Both the position numbers and the translations under genes were made by a program. A DNA stretch of 63,098 nt, filler included, from Octopus bimaculoides (lineage: Eukaryota), in assembly GCF_001194135.2 (NCBI RefSeq). It is 4 parts of 4 records of this genome, joined end to end, with 100 filler letters (N's around TTAATTAATTAA, not from the genome) between each part and the next. Parts side by side here need not be neighbours in the genome. Positions count along the whole stretch, not along the records: positions 20,607 to 51,953 come from NC_068982.1; positions 52,054 to 63,098 come from NC_068998.1; 2 more parts are not named here. One strand, 5' to 3'. Positions 48,517 to 61,675 of this stretch are shown piece after piece; the first letter of the stretch is position 1, and each line of letters opens with the position of its first letter. The notes beneath the pieces are model-generated. The model saw nothing but the letters and a program-made list of their open reading frames with translations, was not told the origin of the DNA and did no database searches.

Positions 48517-50059
48517 GAAATTTTTGAATGTAGTTCATGGACCCAGTAGTAACTTTGCAAACCACAGGTTGAGAACCACCGGTGGACGAAGTGTCTCTAA
48601 TATTTATTTTGCCGTTGTGTATCTGCCTCCATGTTCTGCTGTAAACGAAGTGATAGTCCATGCTAAACAGCCATCACATCAATAATAATATTTGTTAATT
48701 CATGCAATGTTTACTGAAATAAGCTGTTGGAATTTTCTTAAACAAAAATACCACTGGTACCAATTCCAATCATTCTGTTAAACAGCTACAACAACCATTT
48801 ACAGACTTCCTTCAATATGCCGACAAAGTTTCACTTCAAATCTCCAAACATGTTAGTATTATGTCCACCTATAATAACTACGCTTAGGGAAAAACAAGCC
48901 AAGGACGAGGTTGTTAAGTGGTCGTTCTACCTGTTAGAAATAACAGCTAAATTCCTTAAGACATATTAGACAATGTAGTTCTATATACCCCTGTCTTGAG
49001 GAAGCTTTGTCATCAAAGTCGTATGGCTGATTGGTCGCCGTTGTTGTAATGGTTGCTTGTTGATGTGTGTTGAATTGTGAAGACCATCGTCGTGTGGTCT
49101 GGCCGTCTGTGTAGATAATAAATGAAGCAGCTCACGAACTTTTAATTTTTAACATATTTATTGCTGGACACGCTGATGATACGGAAGGGTTTCCAACATC
49201 GGTTTCAAATTCTGGCGCAAGGCCAGAAATTTCGAGAGAGGCGGGGTATGTATGTATGGATGGATGGATGGATGTATGTGTGTATGTATGCATGGATGGA
49301 TAGATGAATAGATGGATGGACAGATGGACGGATGGATGGATGGATGTATGATTCAGTCCTCGTTGCCTCATTCAGGAGAAACTCGGTAAGGTAAAGGTCG
49401 TGTTTGTGTTTGAGAAGGACAGGTTTGTGTTGAGTAAGAGGTCGTTAGTTTTTGGAGTGGCAATACATTGGTTAGCAACATAGCAAGGGGAAGGAAGATA
49501 CTCACTGGTAAAGGAAACCAAGAAGACAAGACCCTCAAATAAAGAGTCAGTCAGATCCACCATTAGATTTAGTGGGGCCGCTGACATTGTCTTGGGGAAA
49601 GCTGACTGCTTAGTGTCGAGGACACAATATACATCTTACATTTTGGGCTACTTCTTATCAGATGATGATGAGGAGGAGGAGGAGAAGAAAGAAGAGGAGG
49701 AAGAGGAAGGGGACGAAAAGTTCAACTTCTATGCCATGTACTGTTAAAAGCTCATTCGGTAGCAAAATGATTAGAGCGATGAATAAAATGCCTTCTGGTA
49801 TACGTTCCGTGACTCATGTAGTATCTCACGGATTGTATCTTACCCTTCGTCTGACATACATACATACACACACATACATACATACATACATGCATACATA
49901 CATACATACATACATACATACATACAACATACATACATACATACATACATACATACATACATACATACATACATACGTACGTACATGCATACATACATAC
50001 ATACGTATGATGAATGAGCAAAAACAAAACAAAAAACACAACAGAAGGGGACAATTTTT

Positions 50060-50620
50060 GACAACGGTTTAATTGGTATAAAGCTTGACAGGAAAGAGAA
50101 AGGGTTTTTAACGTTTCAGACGCTAGTCCTTCATCAGAAAAAAGAAAAGGAGGAAAAGTGGTGGGAAGTAGAAAAAGAAAGAAAATGTTTAGGGGCAGGC
50201 TGGGAATGCAGTACTATGGGGGGGGGGAGTTAAGAAGAGAGGAGGAAGCGGGATGTTGTATGCATGGGTATCCGTGTAGGGAGATGAGTAGGGGGCACGA
50301 AAAATTGCCTGCCTCTTCCGGCCAAAAGAGGGTGGCGGTGCAATCCTCAGAAGAGATTCAGCTGAGAGCTGGATCTGTCCTACACGCCGCAGCAGGTGTT
50401 CAAAAGGTAAAAAGTCGAAGAGTTGTGGGAAAATGCAATAAAGGTGACTTGTCGATTTATAGGTTATTCGAGAAAGCCATACAGATCAATCACATGAAAT
50501 TGTGGTGGCTTACTTGTGATCCTTAGCTGAATATCTTGCGATTGAAGTTCGAATCCCAATTTATCTGACAGACCCTCCCTATCAGGTTTTACCATACACA
50601 ACTATAGACAGGCTTGAGTT
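50060..50620 (-). mobile_element. Probable Penelope-like element 3' end (decayed GIY-YIG remnant plus terminal repeat)
   Basis: Weak endonuclease-like remnant (LSDK...QDIQLRITSKP), a pyrimidine-rich tail and a terminal hammerhead. Confidence 0.45.
50105..50142 (-). ncRNA. Minimal type I hammerhead ribozyme
   Basis: UUUUU-CUGAUGA-A-GGAC[uagc]GUCU-GAAA-C-GUU^AAAAA. Confidence 0.7.
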
Positions 50621-51019
50621 GGTGAAAATTGAATAAAAATGTTTTGAAAAGTGTTAATATAAAATTTGAAAACAAAATTCTCGGTACGCATTCCATTCAT
50701 ATTATAAAAATAAACAACACAATCATCTCGACATACATAATGAAAATAGAATTAACAGTTAATATAATTGAGAGAGGGTCAAAGTTGACGATTTGCTTTG
50801 GTCAGTCACTTTTACAACATCGTCTCAAGAGTCACTCACATTTTGCCTCACTTTAATCCTTGATACAACTCAAATTTGTTCATTGCCCAGGGTCAGGTAG
50901 ATAATGCAGAAAGGGTCGCTATTAATTTTTTTTTATTCATCATTACTACATATTTTTTTTTTCTTTTAAAATTTTGTGCCCAGGACAATCACTCCTGTGG
51001 CTTCTCCGCACCATGCTAC

Positions 51020-51520
51020 TGTAGCGGATTCGAAACTGAATCGTAGGATACGCGAGTTGACATCACGGCTATACCACAGTAGTTTTACGCGATCGGCTGA
51101 TTAAGCGACCAATCAGCCGATCTTTCTCATTGAGCCCTGTATAAAGGTGGATTTTTCGGTGGCGAACCCAGAATGCTGAGACAGCCGCTAGATGTCTCCA
51201 TTCTCATTCACCACCAGCCAATGGCAGATAGAAGGCACAGATTTTGTAGCAAAGAATATAACGAGTTTATTTTCCACTTGTGATGGGACAGCCACAGGTT
51301 GCTACATACCAGTTAAATTGTCATAGCTTCCAGTAGTGCGTCTCGCCCAGCGTGTAATTATCGCAGTTAGCTTTTGTTAAAGGAAAAACACATAAATCAC
51401 TTTGTGGAGTAATTAAGTCTTCTGTTAATTGTCTACGAGTGTTGTTAATTACTTCCTCACTCGACTCTAGGAATACGTTTTCATTCACAAACAGTTACCA
51501 CGACAACAACACCCATGACA
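51020..51520 (+). repeat. Unclassified interspersed repeat, copy 2, with CCAAT and TATA-like boxes
   Basis: gatcggctgattaagcgaCCAATcagccgatc hairpin, then TATAAAGG about 30 nt later; homologous to 41925-42560. Confidence 0.55.
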
Positions 51521-52302
51521 CCAACATTCGCCTTACTTACAAATAAATCATTTCACTCAAGTGATTGCTAAGATTATAATTAAATCCGGTTAATTACAGT
51601 GTTGTGGTATATTGGCAGAATCGTTACCGCGCTGGGCGAAATGCTTTGTGTTCTGAGTTCAAATTCCACCGAGGTCGACTTTGCCTTTCATCCTCTTGGG
51701 GTCGATAAATTAAGTACCAGTTGCGTACTGAGGTCGATCGAATCGACTGGCCCCATCCCCCCCAAATGTCAGGCCTTGTGCCAACAGAAGAAAAGATTCA
51801 TAGTAATTATAAGGCGGTGAGCTGGCAGGTTCAGTCCCAATGCGCAGCACCTTGGGGCATGTGCATTTCACTGTAGCCCCGGACCGACCATAGCCTTGAG
51901 AAAGAATTTGTTTGATGGAAACTGTGAGGAAGCTTGCCGTATATATAAATGAANNNNNNNNNNNNNNNNNNNNNNNNNNNNNNNNNNNNNNNNNNNNTTA
52001 ATTAATTAANNNNNNNNNNNNNNNNNNNNNNNNNNNNNNNNNNNNNNNNNNNNTATATATATATATATATATCACCATCATTATCTAACATCTGTTAAAT
52101 GATGATGATGATGATGATATATATATTTATGTATATATGTATGTAAGAAGTATATATAGATGTGTGAGTATGTGTATTTATATATATATGTGTGTGTGTG
52201 TGTATATATGTATGTATGTATGTATATGTATAAATATAAATGTATGTATCTATTTATTTATGTATGTATGTATTTATATTTAAGTATTATGTAAGATGCA
52301 TA

Positions 52303-52367
<65 letters not shown>

Positions 52368-52417
52368 ATGTATATATGTATGTATATATGTGTGTATATA
52401 TATAAATGTATATATTT

Positions 52418-52455
<38 letters not shown>

Positions 52456-53440
52456 AATATATGTGTGTGTACATGTGTGAGTATATTTATACACACAGAT
52501 ATAACAGACCATCATGTTTTCATTTTACTTGCATTTGAAGCAACGGGAAGTTGAGCTTGTGTGTTGTACACACCAATACACAAAATGAGCTTTGTGTATA
52601 TATGTATATACACACACACACATATATATGTATGTATATATGTATCATAACATGCATACATCCACTCATGAACATACAGAAAAACATTCAGAAAAAGTCC
52701 CAGACTTACATAAGATGTATAAATAGAGACTACACATACATACACATACATACACATGTGTATGAGTGTATAGATATGACTGTATGTGTGTGTGTGAGTG
52801 TATATGTGTTTTTTATTATGTGTATGTGTTATGATCAATAAACATTTACTGGAGAATAACCAGAAGACTATCTCTCAGAAGAGATATCCTATTCCAGTGA
52901 TGCCACATAAATGTTTGTGACTGAATCTTTCAGAAATAACTGATTTCAGCACTCACTAGCAACCTTACATCTTTATTTATTTACCAATGTATTGTTTTTG
53001 TCATTATTTCTATTATATTTTTAATATGTCGGGTTGGCAGAGTCATTAGCATACTGGACAAACTGCTTAGCAGCATTTTTTTTGTCTACATTCTGTGTTC
53101 ATGTTCTGTGAAGGTCAGCTCACCTTTCATCCTTTCACTGTTGATAAAATAAGTACCAGTTAAGCACTACCTATAATAGAGAGGATTATTATTAATATTA
53201 TTAAAAATAATATTATTGTTCGCACTCTAAGCAAAATGCTTTGTGGCATTTCATCCATCCTTACATTCTGAGTTCAAATTCTGCCTAATTCAACTTTGCC
53301 TTTCATCCTTTCGGAGTTGATAAAATTAAGCACCAATGAAACATTAGGGTCGATATACTTGACTAGTCCCCTCTCCCAAAATTTCAAAGGTTTATTATTA
53401 TTATTATTATTATTATTACTACTACTACTACTACTACTAC

Positions 53441-53497
<57 letters not shown>

Positions 53498-53816
53498 ATG
53501 TAATGAGTTGACAGAATCGTTCACACACCAGACAAGATGCTTAGTAGCAGCATTTCATTGATCTTTAAATTCTGAGTTCAAATTCTGCAAGGTCAGCTTT
53601 GCATTTTATCCTTTTGGGGTCAATGAAATAAATACAAATGAGACACCAGAGTTGACGTAGAATGGATTATTATTATTATTGCTGGCTTTGAGCAAAAATT
53701 TGAGACTTTTATTATCATTGCTATAATATATATACATACATACATACATACATACATACATACATACATACATACATACATACACACACATACATATATA
53801 TGTATGTGTGTGTATG

Positions 53817-54200
53817 TGGAGGCTCAATGGCCCAGTAGTTAGGGCAGCAGACTTGCGGTCATAGGATCGCGGTTTCGATTCCCAGACCGGGCGTTGTGAG
53901 TGTTTATTGAGCGAAAACACCTAAAGCTCCACGAGGCTCCTGCAGGGGATGGTGGCAAACCCTGCTGTACTCTTTCACCACAACTTTCTCTCACTCTCAC
54001 TTCCTGTTTCTGTTGTGCCTGTAATTCAAAGGGTTAGCCTTGTCACACTGTGTCAGGCTGATTATCCCCGAGAACTACGTTAAGGGTACACGTGTCTGTG
54101 GAGTGCTCAGTCACTTGCACGTTAATTTCATGAGCAGGCTGTTCCGTTGACCGGATCAACTGGAACCCTCAACGTCGTAAGCGACAGAGTGACAACACAA
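53817..54200 (+). mobile_element. Near full-length S3 tRNA-derived SINE
   Basis: ggaggctcaatggcccagtagttagggcagcagacttgcggtcataggatcgcggtttcgattccc..., ending ...gtcgtaagcgacagagtgacaacacaac. Confidence 0.85.
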
Positions 54201-54229
54201 CATGTGTGTGTATCTACAAATATGTGTGT

Positions 54230-54415
54230 GCTGGTGCCGCATTAAAAGCACCCATCACACACTGTAAAGTGGTTGGCATTAGGAAGGGTGTCCAAGCATA
54301 GAAACGAAGCCAAATCTGAGTGGAATCTAGTACAGCTCTTCTGCTTGCCAGCTCTGGTCAAACTGTCCAACCCATGCCAGCATGGAAAACAGGCATTAAA
54401 GTATGATGATGATAT
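54230..54415 (+). mobile_element. RTE-type LINE/SINE 3' tail
   Basis: ...tggttggcattaggaagggtgtcca...caacccatgccagcatggaaaac...(tga)n. Related pieces at about 13960(-), 56985 and 61040-61160(-). Confidence 0.6.
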
Positions 54416-57400
54416 ATATAGTTTATATATGAGTGTGCGCATCTGTGTTTGAGAGAGAGAGAGAATGACAGATTATTTAGAATTTATTGTTGGTACTGAA
54501 ATTGGGAGTACCTGTGATTTATCCTGGATACTGAAATACAGAGTGTCTATGGTTCACTGTGAATACTAAAGCAGGATAAAGGGAACATTTATTTATAATA
54601 ATGTAAACTTGCAGACCATTTTGTTAAATAAATATCACAAGTTAGTAAAATATGATCGTATACATAATCAAAAAGACACATATACTCACACTCACATACA
54701 GTCATATCTATACACTCATACACGTGTGTATGTATGTGTAGCCTCTATTTATACACCTAAATTTATAGCAGAAGGTTATAACTTTGTAGGGAGGGCAACA
54801 ATTGATTATATCAAACCTAGCTCTTTACTGGGACTTTATTTTATTGAATTCAGAAGGGCGAAAGGCAAAGTTGATCTCAGCAGGATTTCAACCTAGAATG
54901 TAAAAAGCCAGTATATATACCACAATGCATTTTGTCTGATGCTCTAACAACTCTGTCAGCCAGCCCCCTTTTTAGTAACAATAATAATAATAATCCTATC
55001 TACTATAGGCACAAAGCCTGGTACTCAATTGACTGAACCCAAAAGGATGAAAGGTAAAGTCGACTTTGGCGGAATTTGAACTCAGTACGTAGTGACAGGT
55101 GAAATACCGCTTAGTATTTCATCCACCGTGCTAACAATTCTGCCAGCTCACTGCCTTAATAATAATAATTACCCTTTCTACTATTGGCACAAGGCCTGAA
55201 ATTTTGGGTGAGGGGGCTAGCGAAATACATTGACCCCAGTACTCAACTGGTATTTAGTTTATCAACCCCAAAAGCATGAAAGGCAAAGCCAGCTTTGGTA
55301 AAATTTGAACGCAGAATGTGAAGCCAGAAAAAATGCCACATTTAGTTTTTTGTCCAATATGCTAACGGTTCTGCCAGCTCACCGCCTTAATAATAATAAT
55401 GATAATAATAATAATGGTAGTAATGGTAGTAATTGGAAATCTTACCATGGTTAGTGCATACTGAACATCATAAAATAAACTTCTTTTTGTCCCTTTTCCT
55501 TACCATCATCAACATCATCAGCAACACCAATACCAATTAAACAAAAGCCAAAGAGACTGTTTTAGCTCAATTTTTTTTTCTTTCTTTCTTTAAATTACCC
55601 AATAAGCATCTAATTACAAGTAAATTCATTTGTATATTGTAAATTATGGAGAGAGAAAGAGAGAGGAAAAAAACAAAATATCTCAAAAAAAATAAGTTCT
55701 CAAAAACATCAAAGTTGGTTCTGTTGATTGTGGTTTTTAATTAGCAGCCACTTTGTTTTATTAAAGGGAAAGCATGTAATTAGCTCTAATGATGGTTATA
55801 GAGAGACACTGTGTATGTGTGTGTGTGTGGTGGATTATATAATGTAATACACCAATCAAGTTACAATTAATATATATGTTTAAAAACAAAAATAATGAAT
55901 AGCAGAGACTGCATTAATAAAGTGGGAAATATGAAATTACTTTAGTTTTACACTGAATATCTTCAACAACAACTAGGATAGAAATGAGATAACATAGAAA
56001 TTCAGATATAATTCAATAAGGGAAAAAAGACAAAAGAAAATAAACTCTTTCCTGCTTTTATTTGGGAAAATGAATGGCTATAACCATAACCAAGCTAATC
56101 AAATGATATAGGAACCAACTTAGAGATTAGTGGTTCATACTATGTCATTGACGGTGAGTTTTGTGTCTTTGACCAAATCATGCTCATCCGTTGGAACAAC
56201 GAGGACCACCTAACCTTCCTTAAGGAAGACTGTTGAATTACGTTGTGTCTTTGTTTAAAGTGAAGAAGAGCTGCACACCGTCAACCTCACTCTCTTGTCT
56301 GTGACCATCTCCAGTCCAGTGACAAGACCAGATCAAGACAACTAAGGATGGAGACAGATGCAGTAAATGGCCAAGGTGTTTTATTTGCCTCATCTTGCTT
56401 GCTACACTCCACTTGACCAAGGTACTTTGATCTTGAGTGGCAACCACTTAGCTGTTGATGGGGACTTCAGAGTAAGAATAGTTTGCTATTAGAATCAGAA
56501 GCAATACTGTGAAATTGATGGGTATTTGTCATTAGCTGACAACTTTGAGTTTGATTGTGACACCCAAAGGAGTTTATCCCATTCTGGGTATTCAGACAGA
56601 GATCAGAGTTTACCATTTGGTTTATCTGCCCTACCATTGGACTGGCTGTATAGTGAAAAAGATCACTTCGTAAACACATGCTTCTAGATTCAGCTCCATT
56701 GTATTGAGCCATGGGCTATCATCTGCTATAGCCTTGGGTTGACCAATGCCTTGTGAGTGAAAATTGTTAGATGGAAACTGTATGAAATTTTGTTGTATAT
56801 ATATACATCTATCTTTCTACCTATCCATCTATACATGCACATACGTGTGTTTGTCTCAGCATGTTCTGCTTGGGCAGAAGTGACACTGTTTACATTTCAC
56901 ATAAACAAAAAAATCCTACAGTTTAGTGGTTTGACATACAAAGACATGTATTAAAGTACCTAACTTGAAAACATGTACTGGTTGACATCAGGAAGGGCAT
57001 CCAACCATAGAATATTACCTTAAAAACCTAATTCATGGAAAAAGCAAACATATAAATGATGATGGTTCTGTTTCTGAAAATGGTCTATCTGTGATGGCTA
57101 GTGTGAATGTAATGCTCCATTGCATGTTAAATTCCTTGCTGTATAGCCCTCGATTGTCCTGTGGATGGATGTCTTCATTGGTTTCTGATAGTTCTTCTAT
57201 TATCAGGAAATAGGCAAGAAATATTTAAACAAATACAAATGCAACACCAGCTAAAACACAAACAAAAGAACTATTACGTCTTTAGCAATAAACACTTGAG
57301 TGCTTTGTTCTCTTAGCTATTTCCATGCCATGGGACTGTCTACTCAAGAAGCTAAACAAAAACAACTTACCTTCAACAGCAACAGCAATCACATGAGTCT

Positions 57401-58339
57401 ATGAAGAAAACTTTACGTCAGTCATGGGCCAACTGCAGCCCACAAGACTTTCTCAACGGCACACCTAACGGAAAACTACCTTGAATTTTTCTCTAGGAGT
57501 GCAGCCCACCTGTTGATGAGCCATGTCTCATTGTGATCTGCTTCTCAAAAGAAGTTGACCATGCCTGCTTTATATGTTTGATAAGCCTGCTACAATGACT
57601 AATGTAATCTTTGATGCACTATACATGAAAGAAAATGAAAACCACAGTCAATGTATTTGACTATCCCCGTTCCTAAAATTTCAGATTTTATGCCTATAGT
57701 AGAAAGAATTTTTACAATACACAAACCATCACCACCACCACCACCACCACAACCACCACCGTCTCACCTTTTATATTTTGGGGAGGCATAAGTTTCAGGG
57801 CATTAAAGAAGGAATGAATATTGTCAATTGAATGAAACAGCTTATATTACTGATACCCTTTGTATGTGGGGTACAACTATGTCCCCTTGCTAAAAGAAGA
57901 ACAAAAATAATGAACTAGTTGTAAGTTTAATTAAAATAAAAATGATTAGTTAATTAGATTTAGTCCACATCTAGTCTTTGTTGACTTAAAATGTTCGTTG
58001 TACAATATAGTTTTCTCTCTCGTTTTACACACACAGATATATACATGTCCTTTATTTCTTTCTTCCTCTTTCCTTCTCTATCTATTTATCTCTAGTTCAC
58101 ACATACATACATACATACATACATAAAGTTTAAAAAACCAACAGACATATAACCAGCCAATCATAACAACTTGAATCTGCTCTCTTTTCTTTCTTTTCTT
58201 TCTTTCTTTCTTTCTTTATTCTCTTTCAATTACTTTCATCGTCAAATATTTTTAATTCCAACAAATGCAAACAAAAATACATCCACACCTGCACACATAC
58301 ACGCACTCACATGTATACATGCATGCATACATTCATTCA

Positions 58340-58479
<140 letters not shown>

Positions 58480-59058
58480 TCCATCCATTCATACATGCAC
58501 TCAGTCATTCACACACACATACTCACATCACTCACATACATAGATTCCATGTAAAAAAAAAAATCAATATATTTACATTAAAAAAAAATCGGGAACTGCA
58601 TACTTTTTTTCTAGTCTTATATCTTTTTATTAATATATTTAAATTCGTTTTTCCACTTACATGGAATATAATTGAAAGAGAAGCCTTTAGACATTCACGC
58701 ATGCACACACACTTACACATACACTCTCAACATACATATAAAGACAAAAGAGCAAGAAAATATAATTTACTATGATATATAACACTTTATATGTATAAAT
58801 ATATATAATTGAATAAGTTGGAGTCAACAAGGAGTACAGAGGAACATTTATTTGTAATCACTACAATTGTTTCCACACAATGTAGTTCTCCACATTCGCA
58901 GGTATTTGGTCATGTAACTGTTTCCCTGCATTGTGAGATCTTGCACTTCATCAGGTGATATATAAATATTGTTTCTGTGTTCTGTAAACTCAAATTTTTG
59001 ACTTCGACCACATCCTTTCTGTCTGTTGTGGCCACTGTGTTTTAACAGAATATAACCA

Positions 59059-59105
<47 letters not shown>

Positions 59106-59991
59106 AATGAGTAAATATTAAAAATAAATACTCATATATATGGGCAATAATATATGGGCAATAAAGAAATATATATATATATATATATTATAAATATGTA
59201 TGCCTCTGTCTATACATATATACTCTCACAAACACACATATCTATATATGTATATATGCATACATGCATATGCAGACTTGGCTATGCGGTTAAGAAGTTT
59301 GCTTCCCAACCACCTGTTTCTAGGTTCAAGTCTGCTATATGCCACATTGGGCAAATATCTTATGCAAACTCAGTAGAGCCTTGTATGCTGCAAGTCTTTT
59401 AGCTGAGCTGGAAAATATCAATATATTTAAGACACTGCACTGCACTGCACTGGTTCATGTGCATTCCATTGCAGCAAAATACAATGTATGCACCCATCCA
59501 TCTCTGTCTTAAAACAATTTTAACACTCGTTTTTATTTTTATGCAATATATGTATATGTGCATATTTTTGTCCCTGATGACGACCAGAGAAGTAGCTGTA
59601 GTGTTTGTGGGTCCTGGGGTGACTCATTAGACCAATGTTTGTATAAAATCCATGGTTACAGTGAGGGCACATAATAGCAGAAGCAGAAGACCTAGTGAGA
59701 CTCTTGCCTTCTGTGCAGCCCTCTTCTCTTTAGTTTATATGTGCACATGTGTGTGTGTGTATGTATGTGTGTGTGTGTGTGTGTATTTACATATATGTAT
59801 ATGTATGATATGATATGAACATGTTCTCTGCCATATGATATGGACATGTTCTCACGAAACTTAAGTACTGTGGTGCTGAGCCAAACTATTGTTAAATACA
59901 TGCAACTGAAATCAACTAAAATATGTTGAGTGCTATTTATACGTAAGTGTGTGTGTGTGTGTCTTGAGAGAGAAAGAGGGAGAGATTATAC

Positions 59992-60025
<34 letters not shown>

Positions 60026-60893
60026 ATGATTGATAGATAGATAGACAAGTAAATATAATGTCATGAGTCACTGTCAGTTTCACCAACTGAACTACCTATT
60101 TATTACATTAGCTGTTGGCTAGCTGTCGAAGGTCAATGTTCACTGTTCTGTTCACTTGAACAAAATGCCTTGGCAAGTAAGGCAGTTGGCATCATCCCCA
60201 CCACACACACCAGATTGCCTCTCTGGGCTTCCACACCTGGTACCAAGTGGTGTACAAGAGTGCAACAAGCATAGTCGACATTGAGGCTGCCTTGCAGTAG
60301 CAGCTCACTTGCTAGTTGACACCCAACCATTTTTTGATGGTACAGATATTCTGCTTAGCCTCAGTAACCTTCAAGCTTTTGGTCTAGGACTCCTCTGCCC
60401 TGTCAGTTATTCAACATCTTGTTGTAGCATGTATGTGACTGAGTATTTCACACACATATCTACTCTTAACACAATCATTGGACAGAATTGTGATACTGTG
60501 TGACACAGTGCATTTCGACCTTTGAATTGCAGGTACAATTCTTATCTGAAGGATTTCCGTATAGTTTCCATCAACTTCATTTCTACCATGTGGTTTGGTT
60601 GACCAAAAATATAGGAGAAAGCACCAAATGTATCATGCTGTGGGATTGAACTCAGGACCTTGTGATTGCAAGCAAAACTTCTTAACCAGTTAGCCATTTC
60701 TGCACTAATGTATATGTGTTTGTAATCAAACTCAGGAAAGAATACAACCTACTGTCTTACATCATTCATCCACCCAGTATTATCAGATAACAGTTATGTC
60801 CTGTTGTTTATGACAACAAGTGATATCAAAACTGTTGTATTGAAGACAACAGTTATTTATTATTCAAGTGTTGCCGTAGACAGCTGTTGTGTC

Positions 60894-61282
60894 TGGCATT
60901 CTTGTATTTTAAGTAATGGCAAGTGTCAAACTTGTGACAGCTGATTTCCTGACACATGATGTCATCCTTGACACACACGCACGCACACACACACACACAC
61001 ACACACACTGTGTGAATGATCAGCAATCTCCAGCACATCATCATCATCATCATCATCGTTTAACGTCCGCTTTCCATGCTAGCATGGGTTGGACGATTTG
61101 ACTGAGGACTGGTGAAACCGGATGGCAACACCAGGCTCCAGTCTGATTTGGCAGAGACAAAAATATATAAACAATAAATAAATTTTTTTTAAATTCCATA
61201 AACTGCTGAGAATGTTATCATGTGTCTGGAAATCAGTTGGCACAAGTTTGACACTTGCCATATTTAAGATGAAAGAATGCCA
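60894..61282. repeat. About 77-bp inverted arms enclosing a CA microsatellite and an RTE tail fragment
   Basis: tggcattct...atggcaagtgtcaaacttgtg.ca.ctgatttcc.gacacatgat (60894-60970) and its reverse complement at 61207-61282. Confidence 0.85.
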
Positions 61283-61307
61283 TTGTGTCTTATTGTATTG
61301 TTATCAT

Positions 61308-61675
61308 GGACAACAGTTATGTCCTATTGTACTATTGTCAAATAACAGTTATGTCCTACTGTGCTATTGTCAGGTAGCTGTTATGTCCTACTATATTGTC
61401 GTCAGATGACAGTTATGTCCTTACTGTCAGATAACATTTATGTGCTACTGTACTGTATATAATAGTTATGTCCTGTTGTACTGCTGTCAAACAGTTATAT
61501 CCTACTGTACTACTGTTAGGTAACATTTATGTCCTATTGTAGTGTATTCAACAGCTATATGCTGCTATACTGTTGTCATAGACAATAATCATGTCCTACT
61601 GAAATATTGTCTGGCAACAGTTATGTCCTATTGTAATAATGTCAGACAGCAGTTATATCCAACTGTGCTATTTTC
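61308..61675. repeat. Degenerate tandem repeat of about 33 bp (acagttatgtcctattgtactattgtcagata), about 11-12 copies
   Basis: Recurring cagttatgtcct motif; an orphan unit lies at about 60785. Confidence 0.85.

Noticed and set aside
59570-59620. CTGATGACGACC motif
   Set aside because: No matching GGTC-GAAA downstream, so no hammerhead fold.
61308-61675. CRISPR-like periodicity
   Set aside because: Contiguous degenerate tandem units without unique spacers, eukaryotic context, and no cas genes.
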